Below are positions 35,101-47,862 of a stretch of 64,000 bases of DNA, piece by piece (positions within the stretch are counted from its first letter, which is position 1; every line of letters starts with the position of its first letter). Where the stretch lies: contig CM060732.1 of NCBI GenBank assembly GCA_030704615.1, positions 35,588,001-35,652,000 on the forward strand. Reading direction: 5' to 3'. The DNA is from Takakia lepidozioides. Taxonomy: Eukaryota; Plantae; Bryophyta. A program made the position numbers and the translations under genes. Under the pieces are notes generated by a model. It saw nothing but the letters and a program-made list of their open reading frames with translations. It did not search any database and had not been told where the DNA came from.

Positions 35101-38100
35101 CAGTTCAATTTATGCTGACAGACTTCAGGTGGTATCCCTTTTAGATCCTCATAGCTCCAAGCAAATACATCTCTGTATTTGATGAACAAGCTTTTAGCTT
35201 CTTCGAAGAACTCTCCGGCTCCAAATCACTCTTACTTTTCTTTCACCATTCTCGGTTCCTCCTGAGTTCCCACATTTACTTCTCTCACTGCTCATCAGCT
35301 GTGATTGTCCAACCAGTCACCACTTCATCCTGTAAGCTCACAGTGGCTGTTCTTCTAGGATTTCTATTTCTCCTTCTCTTTCTTCATAGAAATGTGATGG
35401 GTAAATGCTGGTTTCCTTCTTCAGTTGGTGTTGCTGTCACTACACCACAACAGATACCTCTCAAACAACTTAGGCTTTCCAGCCGCATCTCTGCAACCTG
35501 CTCCCACTCTGGGTGTGCAGCAAATAGGTAGCTTCCTGCTCCTCATCCAGTCCTCCCCTCCAGTCATACTCTCTGACTCCTCGAGGTCTTCTTGTAGCAG
35601 GTAATCTACTACTAGATTTCTTTGTGGTAATTTGTATCTCGTGCATCCCATTATGCACAGTTAGTAACTGAGAATTCCAGTCATGGAATACCCTTGCTGT
35701 TTCAGCCACGGACGTCCCAATAATAAGGAGTAAGCCTCTTGTACTTCATCATCCATTTTTAAATACAGTTACTGTGATCATAAAGATCATTTCTGTATCT
35801 GTATCTTAACTCCTCTTATTAATCCCAATGCTGTACACTTCTTTGATCTGCCATTGTTACTGTAATGGGGGCTGGTTTCATGTTACTTTCGACCAAGCTT
35901 CTTCCTTAATTGGTCTGTCATGATATTTACTCCAGAACCACCATCTATCAGTACATCAGTTAGTTCTGTGCTTTTCCAATTCTCAATGGGATTACTGGCA
36001 TAGAATCATCAAAGTCCATGACTGGTTCTCGCCCTTTCCGGCTTCACATTATACTGGTCACCTTTGCTGTTCAGGTCTGTGTTTCCTGTCTCTTGGGCAA
36101 TTCGATTGATTGCCTGATACACGCCTGTGCCTACAATAAGGGCCACAGCTATAGCTGTCCAATGGTAATTTCTGCTTTGGTCTGACATATTACTTGCAGC
36201 CAAGTCTCTTCATTACTTTGCATGTCTGCAATTCTTTTTTCTTTTTTCCTTTCGTCTCACAATCCCCTCTTTTTCCTCCATCCGAATCATAGGAATCTGC
36301 CACAGGATATCAGTACTCTTTGCATTTCCCTTATAGTATCATGCCACACTCGCTTGTGCAGTTCCTTCTCATCTTCCAAGTCTCTTCATCTTCAGGCATA
36401 TCATTGCCACTTCCAGTCTCAATCTTCTTCTCTTCTACTGGAGGTATTAGTTTGGCTTTACTTCTTGTTACTATCAGTGTACTTACTTCTGGTACAACAC
36501 ATGGCCTAACCATGAGGCTGCCACCACTGGGCCCTCATTCACAGGAGCTCTCATCTCATTCTGGTGTCTTATCCAGAATGAACAGCTGGCCTTGCAATGT
36601 CCGCTGGCTGATTTACAATAGTAACATAGCTCTTCACCATTGGGTCCTCGCCCTTGGTCTGTTCTTGGATTATTTCTAATAATCCGATTCCCCGGGCTGG
36701 TACTTTTTCCCCCTTTGATTACCCTGATAGTTGCCTCTGGAATTTCTTGGTAATTCCTTTCCTCTTGACTGTACCTCTCTCTCGTGGCCTTCCATGGCAT
36801 TNNNNNNNNNNNNNNNNNNNNNNNNNNNNNNNNNNNNNNNNNNNNNNNNNNNNNNNNNNNNNNNNNNNNNNNNNNNNNNNNNNNNNNNNNNNNNNNNNNN
36901 NNNNNNNNNNNNNNNNNNNNNNNNNNNNNNNNNNNNNNNNNNNNNNNNNNNNNNNNNNNNNNNNNNNNNNNNNNNNNNNNNNNNNNNNNNNNNNNNNNNN
37001 NNNNNNNNNNNNNNNNNNNNNNNNNNNNNNNNNNNNNNNNNNNNNNNNNNNNNNNNNNNNNNNNNNNNNNNNNNNNNNNNNNNNNNNNNNNNNNNNNNNN
37101 NNNNNNNNNNNNNNNNNNNNNNNNNNNNNNNNNNNNNNNNNNNNNNNNNNNNNNNNNNNNNNNNNNNNNNNNNNNNNNNNNNNNNNNNNNNNNNNNNNNN
37201 NNNNNNNNNNNNNNNNNNNNNNNNNNNNNNNNNNNNNNNNNNNNNNNNNNNNNNNNNNNNNNNNNNNNNNNNNNNNNNNNNNNNNNNNNNNNNNNNNNNN
37301 NTCTCTTTCTTCATAGAAATGTGGATGGGTAAATGCATGGTTTCTTCTTCAGTTGGTGTGCTGTCACTACACCACAAACAGAACCTCTCAAACCACTAGG
37401 CTTTCCAGCCGCAATCTCTTGCAATGCTCCCACTCTGGGTGTGCAGCAAATAGGGTAGCTTCCTGCTCCTCATCAGTCCTCCCCTCCAGTCATACTCTCT
37501 GACTCCTCGAGGTCTTCTTGTAGCAGGTAATCTACTAGATTTCTTTGTGGTAATTGTATCTCGTGCATCCCATTATGCACAGTTAGTAACTGAGAATTCC
37601 AGTCATGGAATACCCTTGCCTGTTTCAGCCACGGACGTCCCAATAATAAGGAGTAAGCCTCCTTGACTTCATCCATTTTTAATACAGTTACTGTGATCAT
37701 AAGATCATTTTCTGTATCTGTAATCTAACTCCTCTTATTAATCCCAATGGCTGTACACTTCTTTGATCTGCCATTGTTACTGTAAATGGGGCTGGTTTCA
37801 TGTTACTTAGACCAAGCTTCTTCCTTAATTGGTCTGTCATGATATTTACTCCAGAAACCACCATCTATCAGTACATCAGTTAGTCTGTGCTTCCAATTCT
37901 CAATTGGATTACTGGCATAGAATCATCAAAGTCCCTGACTGGTTCTCGCCCTTCCGGCTTCACATTATAACTGGTCACCTTGCTGTTCAGGTCTGTGTTC
38001 CTGTCTCTGGGCAATTCGATTGATTGCCTGATACAGCCTGTGCCTACAATAGGTGCCACAGCTAATAGCTGTCCAATGGTAATTTCTGCTTTGGTCTGAC

Positions 38101-40430
38101 ATATTACTTCAGCCAAAGTCTCTTCATTACTTTGCATGTCTGCATCTTATTTTTTCCTTTCTTCCTCACTCCCCTTTTTTCTCCATCCGAATCAGAGGAA
38201 TCTGCCACAGGAATATCAGTACTCTTTTGCATTTCCCTTATAGTATCTGCCACTTCCTTGTGCAGTTCCTTCTCATCCTTCCAAGTCTCTTCTTCATCTT
38301 CAGGCATATCATTGCCACTTCCAGTCTCATCTTCTTCCTCTTCTACTGGAGGTATTAGTTTGGCTTTACTTCTTGTTACTATCATTGTACTTACTTCTGG
38401 TACAACACATGGCCTAACCATGTGAGCTGCCACCACTGGGCCCTCATTCACAGGAGCTCTCATCTCATTCTGGTGTCTTATCCAGAATGGAACAGGCTGC
38501 CTTGCGATGTCCTGGCTGATTACAATAGTAACATAGCTCTTCACCATTGGGTCCTCGCCCTTGGTCTGTTCTTGGATTATTTCTATAATCCTGATTCCCG
38601 GGCTGGTAATTCCCCCTTGGATTACCCTGATAGTTGCCTCTGGAATTTCCTTGGTAATTCCCTCTTGAATTACCTCTCCCTTCCATGCCATTGTTATAAC
38701 CACCAGACCTACCATAGTGGTCCTGATCATTGCTTCTTCTTGGCTGGGGCTGCACCTGATGCACCCTCACTTGCCTAGGTTCTCTTGCAGCTGTCCTTCT
38801 GTTGTAGTAACAATTCTCAGTAGAATGGTTATCCATTTTACAGATAGTACAGTGTTTCTCCTTCATGTGGCATTCTGTAGTGGTATGGCCTTCATTCTGG
38901 CACTTTGCACACCATACACCCTTCCTCCAATGTGTTGCAGCCTCTGTGGCATACTTCTTCAAGATTCTTCCAATCTTTTCTCATAGTTATCCCTCTTCAA
39001 CTTTTCCTTTCTCTTACTCTTTCTTTTTAGTTCTTGCTCTTCTTCTTCATCTGACTCATCTCAGAGTCCTCATCTTCCTTTTTCTCTCTCCTGAGCATTC
39101 CCAATTGCTCAATTCTGTTTGCAGTTTCAAATGCCTCCTCCACTGTATTATGGGTAACATATCCACTTTCTTCTGCAACTCTGGTCTTAGTCCACTCACA
39201 AACCAAGTCTTCTGTAAACCGGGTGCTGGTACTGCAGCCAGCTTTTTCATCATCAATTCCATCTTCTCCATATACTCTTCAACAGTTTCATGCTTCTTCT
39301 GCTTCAGCTGTTGTAAACTTCCATACACTTTCATCCTCAGTTTTACTTGTCCTGAACCTATTTCGAAATGCTGTATTCAAGCCATTCCAGGTTAGGAAAT
39401 GATTATCAGGGAATCTTGCATACCATTCACTTGCTTTCTTGATAAGTGAACAAGGAAACAGTCTCATCTTGGCATCATCGCCATTCTCATTGTTCACTAT
39501 ACACATGTGCTCAAATTGGCTAATGTGTACATCGGGATCCCTTTTCCTGAATATATTGGAAAGGGTGGTTTTGCCCGTGTTTGGTTGTAACGCCATCTGT
39601 GGCCCTACTTCTGCCCACTGACAGGTGCTGGCACCCTTGTTGGTGCTGGTCCTTCTGGACCTGTTGTTTTTTGTGGTGGATCTTCCACCAAGTGGTGGCC
39701 CTTGAGCACTCCCTGCTTCTGGCCCACGATATTCACAGTATTCCCAGCTTCAGTTGCACTACTTCCCACACTCCCTGTCCCCCCAGAGCCAGATCCAGGC
39801 AGCCCGCCTGATCCCCTGAGCCGACACCTTCGTTGGCCTGTGATCTAAGTGCTCCACTTGATCCAGGTCCAACGGGTTGGGATGTCCTGGTCTCAACCTC
39901 AGCTGTTGGGTCTACTTCTTCATATTCTTCCTCTTCCAATTTCTTCTCTCTGTTTTCATCCTCCAAGTTCTGCCCTTGGGTTTCTTCTTCACTCATGTAA
40001 CTCAACTGTAATGGTGTTGGAGAGTCTGAACTCTCCGTTGGCTCTGCCACATCCTCATCTCCTTCTTCATCTTCTGCTTCAGAAAACTGGAGTTCCTGCT
40101 TTTGGTGTTCCATGCCAACTCTTATCAAAGATTTCTGTCAAGTCTTTTATCCAAGGATGTACCTCAGATCTTTCACCTCGTGATTGATCTTCTTCCTGTA
40201 CCAATTCCCTTAATCTTTCTTGCAAAGAAACAGAAGGAGTGGCATCCAACTCTAGTTCTTCCGGTATAGGTGATGCACTTTTTGATCTTGATGGTGTGAG
40301 AGGTCCAGATGATTCCCCTATGTCTATTCCTCTCTCCCAAAGATATGGATAATTAGCTTTCAGATAGCTTTCTCTTTTGATGAATATCTTTGTCGTCTAG
40401 CTTCTCTTTCATCACTCATGTCCCATGTCT
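32181..40430 (-). pseudogene. gag-pol polyprotein, heavily frameshifted in this assembly
   Basis: Gag DPDVHISQFE...RLFPCSL, three CCHC knuckles (38465-38962), protease DGGSG, RT SPIVIVPKKNGKLRVCV..FMDGFSGYNQV, RNase H ADHLSR, integrase DYTTKWVEA..SDQGSHF. Confidence 0.92.
36802..37301. other. Assembly gap (500 N) flanked by a ~1.4-kb unmerged overlap
   Basis: ~35376-36801 repeats as 37302-~38692 with many single-base indels. Confidence 0.92.
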
Positions 40431-40439
40431 TTCATTTCT

Positions 40440-41000
40440 TTAATGTGGCAATAACCAAAACTCTCTTCTGTAATATCTCTCGTATATGCCTGGATTTCTT
40501 TCAAGCTTCAATGCACCCTTGGCTATACTTGAAGTCTCCGTTACCATATAACCATATGGCAAACAAGTCTGAAAGGCTGTTCTTGGTGTGAGTTTGATCC
40601 ACAAAATATCCTTTGGAATCCAATTCTTTACCAGTACAAGCTCTTCATGCATATGAGTATAAACATTCACCTTTCTTTCTTCCCAGCCTTCAAACTCTAC
40701 TCGTTTAATGGATAGCAACGCTATCACATAAACTAATGTTGGTAACCAACGTGCTCTTCCTCTACAGGCTACCTGATAAATCTTTATCACTCCTTTCTCC
40801 AGACCCCATTCTGGATCAGCATCATGCACTCGTTTAAGAATATTTTCTTTACATCCGTCTGGCAATTCCAAGAACCTTTGAAAGAATTGTTTGGACAATC
40901 TTTCTTCCTTCGTTCCACAGGGAATTTGATTCACTTCAAATTCTTTAATGGTCCAACCACCATGATCCCACCAGATGCCTGTCACATCTGGTTGTTCATG
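40440..41000 (-). CDS. Extra ORF upstream of gag, unknown function
   Basis: Open frame (ORF track 40440-41135) running from the LTR/PBS region to just before gag. Confidence 0.5.
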   Translation of the reverse strand, partial: HEQPDVTGIWWDHGGWTIKEFEVNQIPCGTKEERLSKQFFQRFLELPDGCKENILKRVHDADPEWGLEKGVIKIYQVACRGRARWLPTLVYVIALLSIKRVEFEGWEERKVNVYTHMHEELVLVKNWIPKDILWIKLTPRTAFQTCLPYGYMVTETSSIAKGALKLERNPGIYERYYRREFWLLPH

Positions 41001-41007
41001 TCCCAGG

Positions 41008-41025
41008 TCCCCAGTATGGTCGCCA
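41008..41025 (-). promoter_or_regulatory. Primer-binding site (tRNA-Arg-like)
   Basis: TGGCGACCATACTGGGGA 2 nt after the 5' LTR; resembles TGGCGAC..CTGGGGA Arg-type PBS. Confidence 0.75.
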
Positions 41026-41027
41026 AA

Positions 41028-42133
41028 TGTCGCGCGGCTTTTACTCACCCATCCCTTCGCTATCCGAGGCGGAAACTCCAAGATAGAAGAGTTGGAAATC
41101 TCTAAGTACTCAGCCCGCGCAGAACAATCAGTCATGACCTACAGCTAGTGTATCATGGGGGTGTTTCCTATTTGTTTCCTTTTCCGCATTCATCTTAGCT
41201 ACCTTACCATTGATAATTAAGTATCAGTTTGCTTCATCAATTTATCGGTTTCCTTCACTCCTCCATTCAATCCACAGCTTCACTCAGATCTCTCTACACA
41301 GTGTGATTGTATCGTATAAGTATCAGATTATGATTTATCAGGTATCAGGCCGAAGCCATTGTGTCTCTATTCTCCTCTACAATATCCCTACAGCTTTGCA
41401 TATAACAAGCATCTACTAATCCTCTTTCCTCCTTCATCGTGCTCACCGACTTCCGCTCCCGTATGACTCCGAAATCCTCCTTCCCGAATAATGATCATCA
41501 TCCTAATCCCCGTTCTTCCCTTTATCCTCCTATCCGCGGTTCTAACCGTTTCCCTCTCTAACCGTCGTATGTGAATTAACATGTTCCCTTCACAGGTGTT
41601 GTTCCCCACAGTCGTTCCCTGTCCTACTCTTCGTTCCCTATTATCGTGACAGCTGTGTCAAGCGGTGACTGGCTGTGTTTGGCTGTGTCGGGCTGTGACT
41701 GGCTGTGTGGCTGTGCCGGGCTGTGACTGGCTGTGTGGGCTGTGTGGGCTGTGACGACTGTGACGGGCTGTGTGGGCTGTGACGGCTGTGTGGGCTGTGT
41801 GGGCTGTGTCGACTGTGTTGGCTGTGTCAGGCTGTGACTGGCTGTGTCGGCTGTGTGGGCTGTGACGGCTGTGTGGGCTGTGTGGGCTGTGACGGCTGTG
41901 TGGGCTGTGACGACTGTGACGGGCTGTGTGGGCTGTGTGGGCTGTGACGACTGTGACGGGCTGTGTTGACTGTGTGGGCTGTGACTGCTGTGTCGGCTGT
42001 GTGGGCTATGTAACCCCCCTCTACAGTGCGCTGCTGTCACCCCTAAGGTTCCTGTTGGTCTCAGTCTGTGCAAAAATTAAGGGTACCCTACAGATCCCGT
42101 ATAAGTGTCTAAGTCCCCTACAGTCCTCTAACA
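41028..42133 (-). repeat. 5' LTR
   Basis: Matches 26766-27876. Confidence 0.96.
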
Positions 42134-43357
42134 GTACTCCATGTACATCTCCAACCGACAAAACAACAAACAAGCATAAACAACTGCAAAGTTGCTCTCC
42201 ATCGCCGTCCCCCGAATTTGCTGCCAAAAACTACCATTGAACTCAAGATAATGGTGTTTCAAGACTAACCCAGCGAGGGTTATGATCAGGTCTTTTTTGT
42301 GTTTGGTGAAATTACCTCCAATAGCACATTCGAGCTCATACAAGCCGAGCTCGGTGATGATGCTGGGATATAGAGATTCCACGTCAAACGTAAAAAGAAG
42401 AGCATGCGAGGGGGCTTCAAGTTGGGAAACCTCTCGAAAAAACGTGAGAGAATCAACCAAATGAGTGGGTTCCTTGAGAAGTACCGGAAGGAGTTGGTGA
42501 TGGAGCCAAATTGAAGCATGCTCGAAGATGTAGTTGTTGTAGGAACAAATGGGTCTTCCAACAAGCACGGGTTTGTGCACCTTCGGAATGAAGTACAAAG
42601 CACAAGCTTGAAAGTCCATGGACGACCGAGGGCGTTGGCGGATGTAATTCCATTCTTTGGTGGAGATTGCAAACCTGTAGATTGGATGGTAAGCTAGCAC
42701 TTCCAACCGCGACCAAAGTTCTTCCCACGGTACGGAATCCACGAGATGATAAACTTCGGTGTTTGAGAGTTGCCGCATCGCCTCTTGCATGTACCAAGAC
42801 TTGTCCATAAGCACAAGACCAAGATTTTTGTCGGCCGGTTTGATGACAAGGTCCAGATCCGACCTCAATCTTTTGAGAGCAAGTCTCAAGTGTCTCGGCA
42901 GACAAGGTCGTGCATTGCGGGCGATTTGATCCAAACGGCTAGACAGAAGATCATTACCTTCTCGAATGATGGCCTCGAGCGGTTGAGATTCCACTGGCGG
43001 ATTGAATGATGGATTCGGAACGCGCCAAAGAGGAACCTCATCGTTGTCTTTGCCGGAGAAGAACGTTCGCAACCTCAAGCTTCGAGCAAAATTGTTGAAT
43101 TCGCTGATGATTGAAGATCGGGAAGGGGGAAGAGGACGAGGAATGTAATTGAGACCAAGGCCCAGGAGTTGTCGCTCTGCAAAGGAGAGAACCCTCTTGC
43201 TATAGTTGTGGATAGCAGTGTTGGTGACCCTGCATTCCACTTGGGATAGAGTCTTCCTAGCAAAGAGCAACAAAGCGTAAGCCTTCGGGTCTACGAGTGG
43301 GTACCAGAAGAGACTCCTCGTGCGCCCCAGCGTCTGTGAGGAGGTACGTATGGCCAC
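42134..43357 (-). pseudogene. PLE RT, N-terminal 408 aa (piece 1)
   Basis: LLGLGLNYIP, VIKPADKNLGLVLM, PKVHKP..GRPICS, LFTFDVESLYPSI, QIRGTAMESNF. Confidence 0.93.
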
Positions 43358-44330
43358 TTTGTCTTCGTCGTCGTCGTCGCACCCTTTGTCGTGGCCGGTT
43401 TTCCGTTGACCCTCGCTGAAGATTTCCAGCCTCCCGTACCAGAACCGGTTGTGCGGTTCGGGCCTGACCTCTTGTTGAAAGAGGTAGGTGACGCAGCAGA
43501 ACGGGTGGAGACCCGGATACCTTTCTGCTGCTTGTCGTTTCCCGACTTTCCGCCAGGATTCGCCTTAGGCTTACTAGCCGGTTTGGTCCCAAGCTTCTGG
43601 GCCTTAGGTTTCACCTGGATGGAATCCACCACCTTCTTCACCTCCTTGAGTGCTTCCTTGACCACCTCGCGTTTCACGAGGGTAGCAATGGACGGTTCCA
43701 CAGGGAGTGTCTCCGCTTCTTCCATAGCACCTTCCCGAGCAACGTTGCCAGCGGCGATAGCCGCGGCCTTGCTGACGTCGGAAAGTTGAGAAATGCATCT
43801 ACATGAGTAACAAAGAGATTGCTAAGATGAAGATGCCATGACTCAATGGAAGACTTAGACTTGTCACCTATCAAATTTAAGGATCGTAAAGGCGAAATCA
43901 AATCCTAGAGGCGAGTCTCAAAGACCGGTTTCGATTGCTCGAGCTTGTGGGTCAAGCTAGCAAGTCGAGATTCTTGGGCTTTGATGAGTGCTTCAAAGCA
44001 CTTGATCCGATATGCGGTTGTGCATTCGGCCAGGCTCGCATCAAGGACGGATTGGGCCTCGGGATCTCCTATTTGAAATTTAGGAGGACTCATTCTAAGG
44101 GAGTTGGGTATGGTACCTTCTTCGAATTGCACTCGCAATTTTTGAAGGTACTTGGAAGTCTTTTCATGCTCATGCCTAAGACTTTTGAATTCCTTGACCG
44201 ATTTATGCACAAATGCAAGCAAAGGGGGAGGAAGGGAGATATCCATGCTAGAAGAAGAAGACGCGGATGCATGAGAAGGGCCGACGCCTAAGCTAGGACA
44301 TGGACGTTTGTTACCTGTTAGTTCCGCCAT
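43291..44330 (-). pseudogene. PLE ORF1 (coiled-coil N-terminus, Lys-rich basic C-terminus), one stop and one frameshift
   Basis: ORFs 43905-44330, 43674-43901 (same frame) and 43291-43725; homologous to 442-917; overlaps the RT start. Confidence 0.75.
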
Positions 44331-44342
44331 GGGAAAAAGAGA

Positions 44343-44543
44343 TTAGGGTTTGGGGTGGTCAACAAAGGCTTGCAAAGGTAACAAAAAGTAGAAAAAAGAC
44401 ACAATAAATTTTAAGGGGGGCCGGTTCGGACCCAAATACAAATGTAATAGAAACCAAGACAAATGCATACAAAGTGCGCCTATCGTGCCTAAAGGGATGC
44501 TATAAGACTATTATGTCTTATGCAAGGACTCTTGCCCTCACGA
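44343..44543 (-). repeat. Telomere-like tract (44343-44356) plus 5' pseudo-LTR (module C)
   Basis: TTAGGGTTTGGGGT then GGTCAACAAAGGCTTGC..., matching 11876-12074 and 4839-4993. Confidence 0.88.
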
Positions 44544-46310
44544 ATGATGCTATATAATATTTTATATACATAAGAAATGAATTCATAAATATTTTTAATT
44601 ATTTTCTTGACAAAGAATTATTAAACTCAATAATTCATTGTAGTGGATTAGGTGACAGACATCAAGCGTTTCCTACAAATGGCTCAAAATTCAAATGCAT
44701 TTCCACTACCACCCGCCACGTTGCAGAGTGGTTTTCAGTTCATATTTGTACGATGCCTAAGTCTCTAGTTGATTTTGTCGCCGGGGTGTGTAGAAGAATT
44801 CCACAAATTAATATGAGAGCCTCTAGCCGTCCAGAAAGTTGGAGGACCATGAATCAGAATGTCACATGCAAAGGATGTTGCACCGGTCCCACGAGCAGTT
44901 GAAATCATGAAGAAGAATTGATTGTCTCTTTTCAAAATATCTAATCTAATAGATGCAAAACACACATCCCTCGTTTTATCTCCTTTAACAAACATATAAA
45001 CAAAAATCATGTGCAAAGCTATTGTGGTCGGCGGATCTTTTATGGGATTGGACACGCTTACAACAGCTTTTCCATAAGTGCTAGAGAGCTGTGACATGTC
45101 CAGACAATACGAGAACTCTAGGGCATCAATCAAATGCAATCCATCCAAACGGGACAAAGGTCGAGTTACTCAAATTAAAAAGATAGAGGAATAAATTAAC
45201 CTGAACAGGGCCATAATGCAACATTAATTGAAGAAGATTTTTTTTAATTGAACTGCATGTCATTCCTAGCCATGTGATATAGGTAGACCCTGCCCATTCA
45301 TTTACTTTTGGGTTTTAGTACTTCCATGTGCAAATACACATTATTTTTGGGATTTGCATTGCTTTGTGTAGTCTAGTGGAGGAGACAATAGCTCCATGAA
45401 GAGAAAGCACACAATATTTACAAGTGACATGTTGTCATTTGCAATATATATACATATATATATATTTTGTGACGTTGCTTGTTTGTATAAGTACTTCATC
45501 TTGGTTATATGATATACTATAAATGACCTACATAATATTGGGGGGTACAAGTGTCATGTACATTGTAGAAATGAAAATTAAATTGTTAAATATTATATCT
45601 ATTTATAAATGATGCTATATAATCTTTTATATTTCGTTTGTCACATCCTTGTGATTTTTTATTGAGAACATTGCCTTGCATGTCTAGCAATACAAAACAT
45701 TCTAAGTTTTATGAACACAATATTTCAAACATTTATAAGTATTTAAATAAAAAAATGCATTGACTATATATCTATACATCATCTCTAAATCATGCAGCCT
45801 ATGTATAGGTCACTCAGGATATTTTTGAGTTCATGCGATACACATAAATGATCAATATAATATTAGGATGTGCATGTTAGAACTTAGAATGAATATTAAA
45901 TTATAAAATCGAATATGCATATTAAAATGATATTTGCTATTTATTTTTTCAATTTGATCTCCCAAATCCATGTTTTAAATTTAAAACAACTTATGCATGA
46001 CAATGAAAAATATTCTACTTATGAGACTCTGTACACATAAATGATCAACATAATAATAGAAGGTACATGTAAGAATGAACAGGGAATTGTGATATTTTAT
46101 ATGCATTTATGAAGGAGTCATGCAGTTCTGTCAAGAGGTTGCGAATTATCTATTCTAGGAAATTTTAGGGAAGAGTTCTTGAGCAATGCAAGCATTTCTG
46201 TGGGGCGGTAGATGTGCCTTGGACTTCTCATCATTGCCAAATCTATGTGTGCCCTGTGTTGAAAGGTGTTGGATTAGTTTTTGAAATAAATTACACTTGC
46301 AATTGTGAAG

Positions 46311-46429
46311 CTGTTAGGACCCAGATGCGCGACAGGTGGCAGGAAAGCAGGCGCAAATCAGCTGCCAAAGAAGAAATCAATGTGACCCGATGGAGGCAAC
46401 TAAAACAGAACTTGGAGTCTAAGCAAGAG
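46311..46429 (+). pseudogene. DNA primase small subunit, isolated internal exon
   Basis: ag|..VRTQMRDRWQESRRKSAAKEEINVTRWRQLKQNLESKQE|gt resembles the plant primase segment LRxxWQxxRR...KEDINxxRWEQLK (from memory). Confidence 0.6.
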
Positions 46430-47319
46430 GTAGACTTCCCATTTCACATCTGAGTTGGATGTGTCTGAGTCAAGCTATCTTCCCTTAAAGCAATGTGCAC
46501 AGAGACTAGTTCAGGCGTCCAAAATCTTCTTGCATGAGGGGGGTGTCTCATGAAACACAATCTGAATTATGCTCTTGGACAATGCTGGGTGTATAGCAGG
46601 GGCCAGCCTTGAGACAATGTGTGGATGAGATTGTGTTTTTCTATACTTACCCCATACTGGACTTGGAGGTATATTCTTAAAGGCTGTTAGTATTAACAAA
46701 AGAACACTCCAGTGTGCTTTCATCTTATATCCTGGCTCCTGGTGTAATGTACAGGCCCCAATTTTGAATTGTTAAAATGAACAAATGATGGACTACCTTT
46801 GAACATCTTTCCAGAAGGGGTCAAGAAAACTTCTTGCCCTTCCATGCTGCTGCTTCAGTCCAAGCAAAGAAATTCGTCTGTAATGAGCAAGGTTGAAGTG
46901 AATGGTCGTACATATTCTGAAAATTTCTGCACTTAACAATCATGGTTATCTCCCGTGAAGTTTTCTTCACAAATTTGAAATCTATACTACAATTGCTGAT
47001 ATGACCACACTTTCTAGACCTGTTCAGAGAATGGGGTGGGATCCACCCAAAGCAAGCCCCCGAGGTTTACTATTCCATGAGCTCATGAGCGGTGAGCTCA
47101 TGAGCTCATGAGCGGGCATGGCTAACCCATGAGCCGCAAAGTAACACACTTCGAATTTCGGCAGACTTTTTTCGGGCCAAAAACTATAAAATAATCGAAA
47201 ATCAAAGATTTCCGCGCTCATGCTGGAAGCACTCCGCTCATGAGTACCAGTGTACGCTCATGACTTGGAGCCCAGGCTCATGGACCGCCAGGCCAGGTCA
47301 TAGAATAACTGAATTCTGG

Positions 47320-47790
47320 GCAATAACGGCACCGAAATTATCCCAGAGGCAGAGACGCAAGCGGAATTAGGATCCCGGTTTGCAGACTCCGAAAACGCAA
47401 TGGCGACCTATAACCGTGGATAGTACTATTGCAGAAGTGCAGGATGGTTGGGTATAACGACGCCGTAATTGGGCACAGGAAAAGAAATAGCCGGCTGAAG
47501 GCTCGGGAGTGAAGCCAACAACGGTGAAAGTAATTGGGCTCCGCCAACCAAATACCCGGCTGCATCCTCCGGAGTGCAGGCGATAACGGCGCCGAAATGG
47601 GCCCCGGAAACCAAATACTTGGCTCAAGCCACCGGAGTGCAGCCGATAACGGCGCCGAAATTGGGTCCGGAAACCAAATACCCGGCTGAAGGCTGGGGAT
47701 TGCAACCAATAACGGCGCCGAAATTGACCTGCGGAAACAAAATTCTCGGCTGAAGCTTCCGCACTCCATGTAATAACGGCGCCGAAATTG
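47320..47790. repeat. Left subterminal array, ~63-bp period, core AATAACGGCGCCGAAATT
   Basis: Cores near 47322, 47453, 47583, 47646, 47708, 47772. Confidence 0.85.
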
Positions 47791-47862
47791 GGCGTCGGAG
47801 AGCAAATACCCGCCTTACGGTGAGGGAGGCCTTGCTCTCATTTTGCTCTTCACTCTTCTCTG

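Larger units (their letters stand above)
26766..42133 (-). mobile_element. Ty3/Gypsy LTR retrotransposon (non-chromovirus type) with extra ORFs, full length
   Basis: Two ~1.1-kb near-identical LTRs with TG..CA ends, 5-bp TSD GTACT (26761-26765, 42134-42138), PBS, PPT, gag-PR-RT-RH-IN order. Confidence 0.96.
11858..44543 (-). mobile_element. Near full-length endonuclease-less (telomere-type) Penelope-like element, family C, interrupted by two insertions
   Basis: Telomeric tract 11858-11875; direct repeat 11876-12074 and 44357-44543 (pseudo-LTR); ORF1 44330-43291; RT in three pieces that join in frame; 3' UTR with a degenerate hammerhead. Confidence 0.9.

Noticed and set aside
32600-36801. Dense frameshifts in pol suggesting an ancient dead element
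   Set aside because: The LTRs are nearly identical; indels cluster near the gap and look like low-coverage read error
35376-38692. Apparent tandem duplication of gag-protease and ORFs spanning the N run
   Set aside because: The duplicate copies sit exactly on either side of a 500-N gap and differ by indel-type errors: unmerged contig overlap
44765-45157. 130-aa ORF in the AT-rich spacer
   Set aside because: No recognisable motif or convincing exon structure; left unassigned
47050-47064. Target-site duplication for the Mutator-like element
   Set aside because: No 8-10-bp match between the flanks at the TIR offsets I tried by eye
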